Positions 45,575 through 46,224 of a DNA stretch of 46,224 nucleotides are shown one piece after another; the stretch's first letter is position 1, and each line of letters begins with the position of its first letter. A program made the position numbers and the translations under genes. The stretch spans positions 1-46,224 of the forward strand of contig DAIUCV010000003.1 of the NCBI GenBank assembly GCA_036846005.1, given 5' to 3'. The notes under the pieces are model-generated. The model was not told where the DNA came from and searched no databases. It worked only from the letters and a program-made list of their open reading frames with translations. This stretch comes from Patescibacteria group bacterium (lineage in GTDB: Bacteria > Patescibacteriota > Microgenomatia > UBA8517).

Positions 45575-46162
45575 TTATAAACCTAAACCCGGAATTTTTA
45601 GAATATCAACTCCGATAATTCTTAATATAAATACCGAAAATATTAAAAGTACCACACCCATTATAGCGCTTGTCAAAAGCTCCTGCCCAGCTTTTAATCT
45701 ATCCGGATTACCAGATGAGGTCATGATAATAAATCCGGCGTAAATCATTAAAAGAAACGCAATTCCTCCAGCTATACCTATACCCCAGGTGAGAATAAAA
45801 CCAAAAAATTCATTCTGGCTACCCAAAGGAATACAACCGAATGCCGTATCGATTTTAAAGTCATCCCCTGCACAGAGTGGTTCCGCTTGGTCGGTCGAAG
45901 GTACAGTGGGAATTGGAGTAGCAGTAACAGTGCCGGTGGGAGTTGCTGAAGGTGTTGGTGTTACACAGACACAGCTATTGGAACCGCCATCGCATTGAAA
46001 AGTACAACGGGCATAACTGTCACCTGTGCAGTGATTGTTACCACTATCCACAATACAATCTTCCAAAAAATGTGAACAGGTACAACTTTGAGCAAAACTT
46101 GTTTTGGGGAACATAACAAAAAACAAAAAGATAAGAGAAAAGAACAATAGTATTTTCTTCAT
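45575..46162 (-). CDS. Pilin paralog P1: signal peptide, 10-Cys head domain, Thr/Pro linker and VirB2-like hairpin
   Basis: The signal peptide is MKKILLFFSLIFLFFVMFPKTSFA|Q. The head is CTCSHFLEDC...CTGDSYARCTFQCDGGSNSCVC, followed by a TPTPSATPTGTVTATPIPTVPS linker. The hairpin core is IYAGFIIMTSSGNPDRLKAGQELLTSAIMGVVLLI. A TTG at 46192 is an alternative start. Confidence 0.7.
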   Translation of the reverse strand: MKKILLFFSLIFLFFVMFPKTSFAQSCTCSHFLEDCIVDSGNNHCTGDSYARCTFQCDGGSNSCVCVTPTPSATPTGTVTATPIPTVPSTDQAEPLCAGDDFKIDTAFGCIPLGSQNEFFGFILTWGIGIAGGIAFLLMIYAGFIIMTSSGNPDRLKAGQELLTSAIMGVVLLIFSVFILRIIGVDILKIPGLGL

Positions 46163-46224
46163 TAATTTTAGTTTAACATAACAGGAAACCAAGATTAAGA
46201 TTCTAGTTGCTATAATAGAACAAC

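Noticed and set aside
28637-46192. Interpreting the cluster as an integrative conjugative element or plasmid remnant
   Set aside because: No relaxase, coupling protein, integrase, oriT-like repeat or att duplication is visible. One border is dnaN itself. The right border lies outside the window, so this is rejected only provisionally.
42979-46192. Type IV pilus (T4P) pilins or competence pseudopilins
   Set aside because: None of the eight proteins has the class III signal G|F(T/S)LxE with Glu at +5. They have two TM helices flanking a basic loop, which fits VirB2/TrbC-type hairpins and not T4P pilins. No PilB, PilC or PilD genes are present.

Overview
This is a low-GC, gene-dense bacterial chromosome segment. 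No rRNA, tRNA, CRISPR array or transposase was recognised, and all long ORFs read through under the standard code. The gene content suggests a reduced-genome monoderm, possibly CPR/Patescibacteria-like: TM-anchored solute-binding proteins, DUF4012-like and PEGA-domain proteins, compact housekeeping genes and many tiny hairpin pilins. That taxonomic call is inference only.

The window spans the replication origin. On the minus strand lie rpmH-rnpA-yidD-yidC-jag. On the plus strand lie dnaA, a DnaA-box cluster (oriC, 27282-27534) and dnaN.

Left of the origin are housekeeping and envelope genes:
- groES-groEL with a degenerate CIRCE operator
- an HhH-GPD glycosylase and an M23 peptidase
- an MTAP-like phosphorylase with a NitT/TauT-type ABC importer, in a stretch that looks GC-richer than its neighbours
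- a phosphoribosyltransferase, a VanW protein, a TsaC-TsaE fusion with TsaD, and a short ValRS
- L25, a DUF4012-like giant protein, RNase H and an O-antigen-ligase-like protein

The main finding is a roughly 17.5 kb cluster (28637-46192) directly abutting dnaN. It reads as a monoderm-type type IV secretion-like apparatus. Its parts are:
- eight tandem VirB2/TrbC-like hairpin pilin paralogs, the first carrying a Cys-rich head
- a 731-aa Cys-rich secreted protein with a VirB1-like lytic transglycosylase end
- a bitopic 163-aa protein and a VirB6/TrbL-like polytopic protein
- an opposite-strand 769-aa orphan
- a PrgI/VirB3-like protein fused to a CarboxypepD_reg-like domain
- a VirB4 ATPase that appears split by a single in-frame TAA into 231-aa and 653-aa ORFs
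- an 860-aa membrane protein ending in an M23 peptidase, and a PEGA-domain protein

No relaxase, coupling ATPase, VirB11 or integrase is visible in the window.
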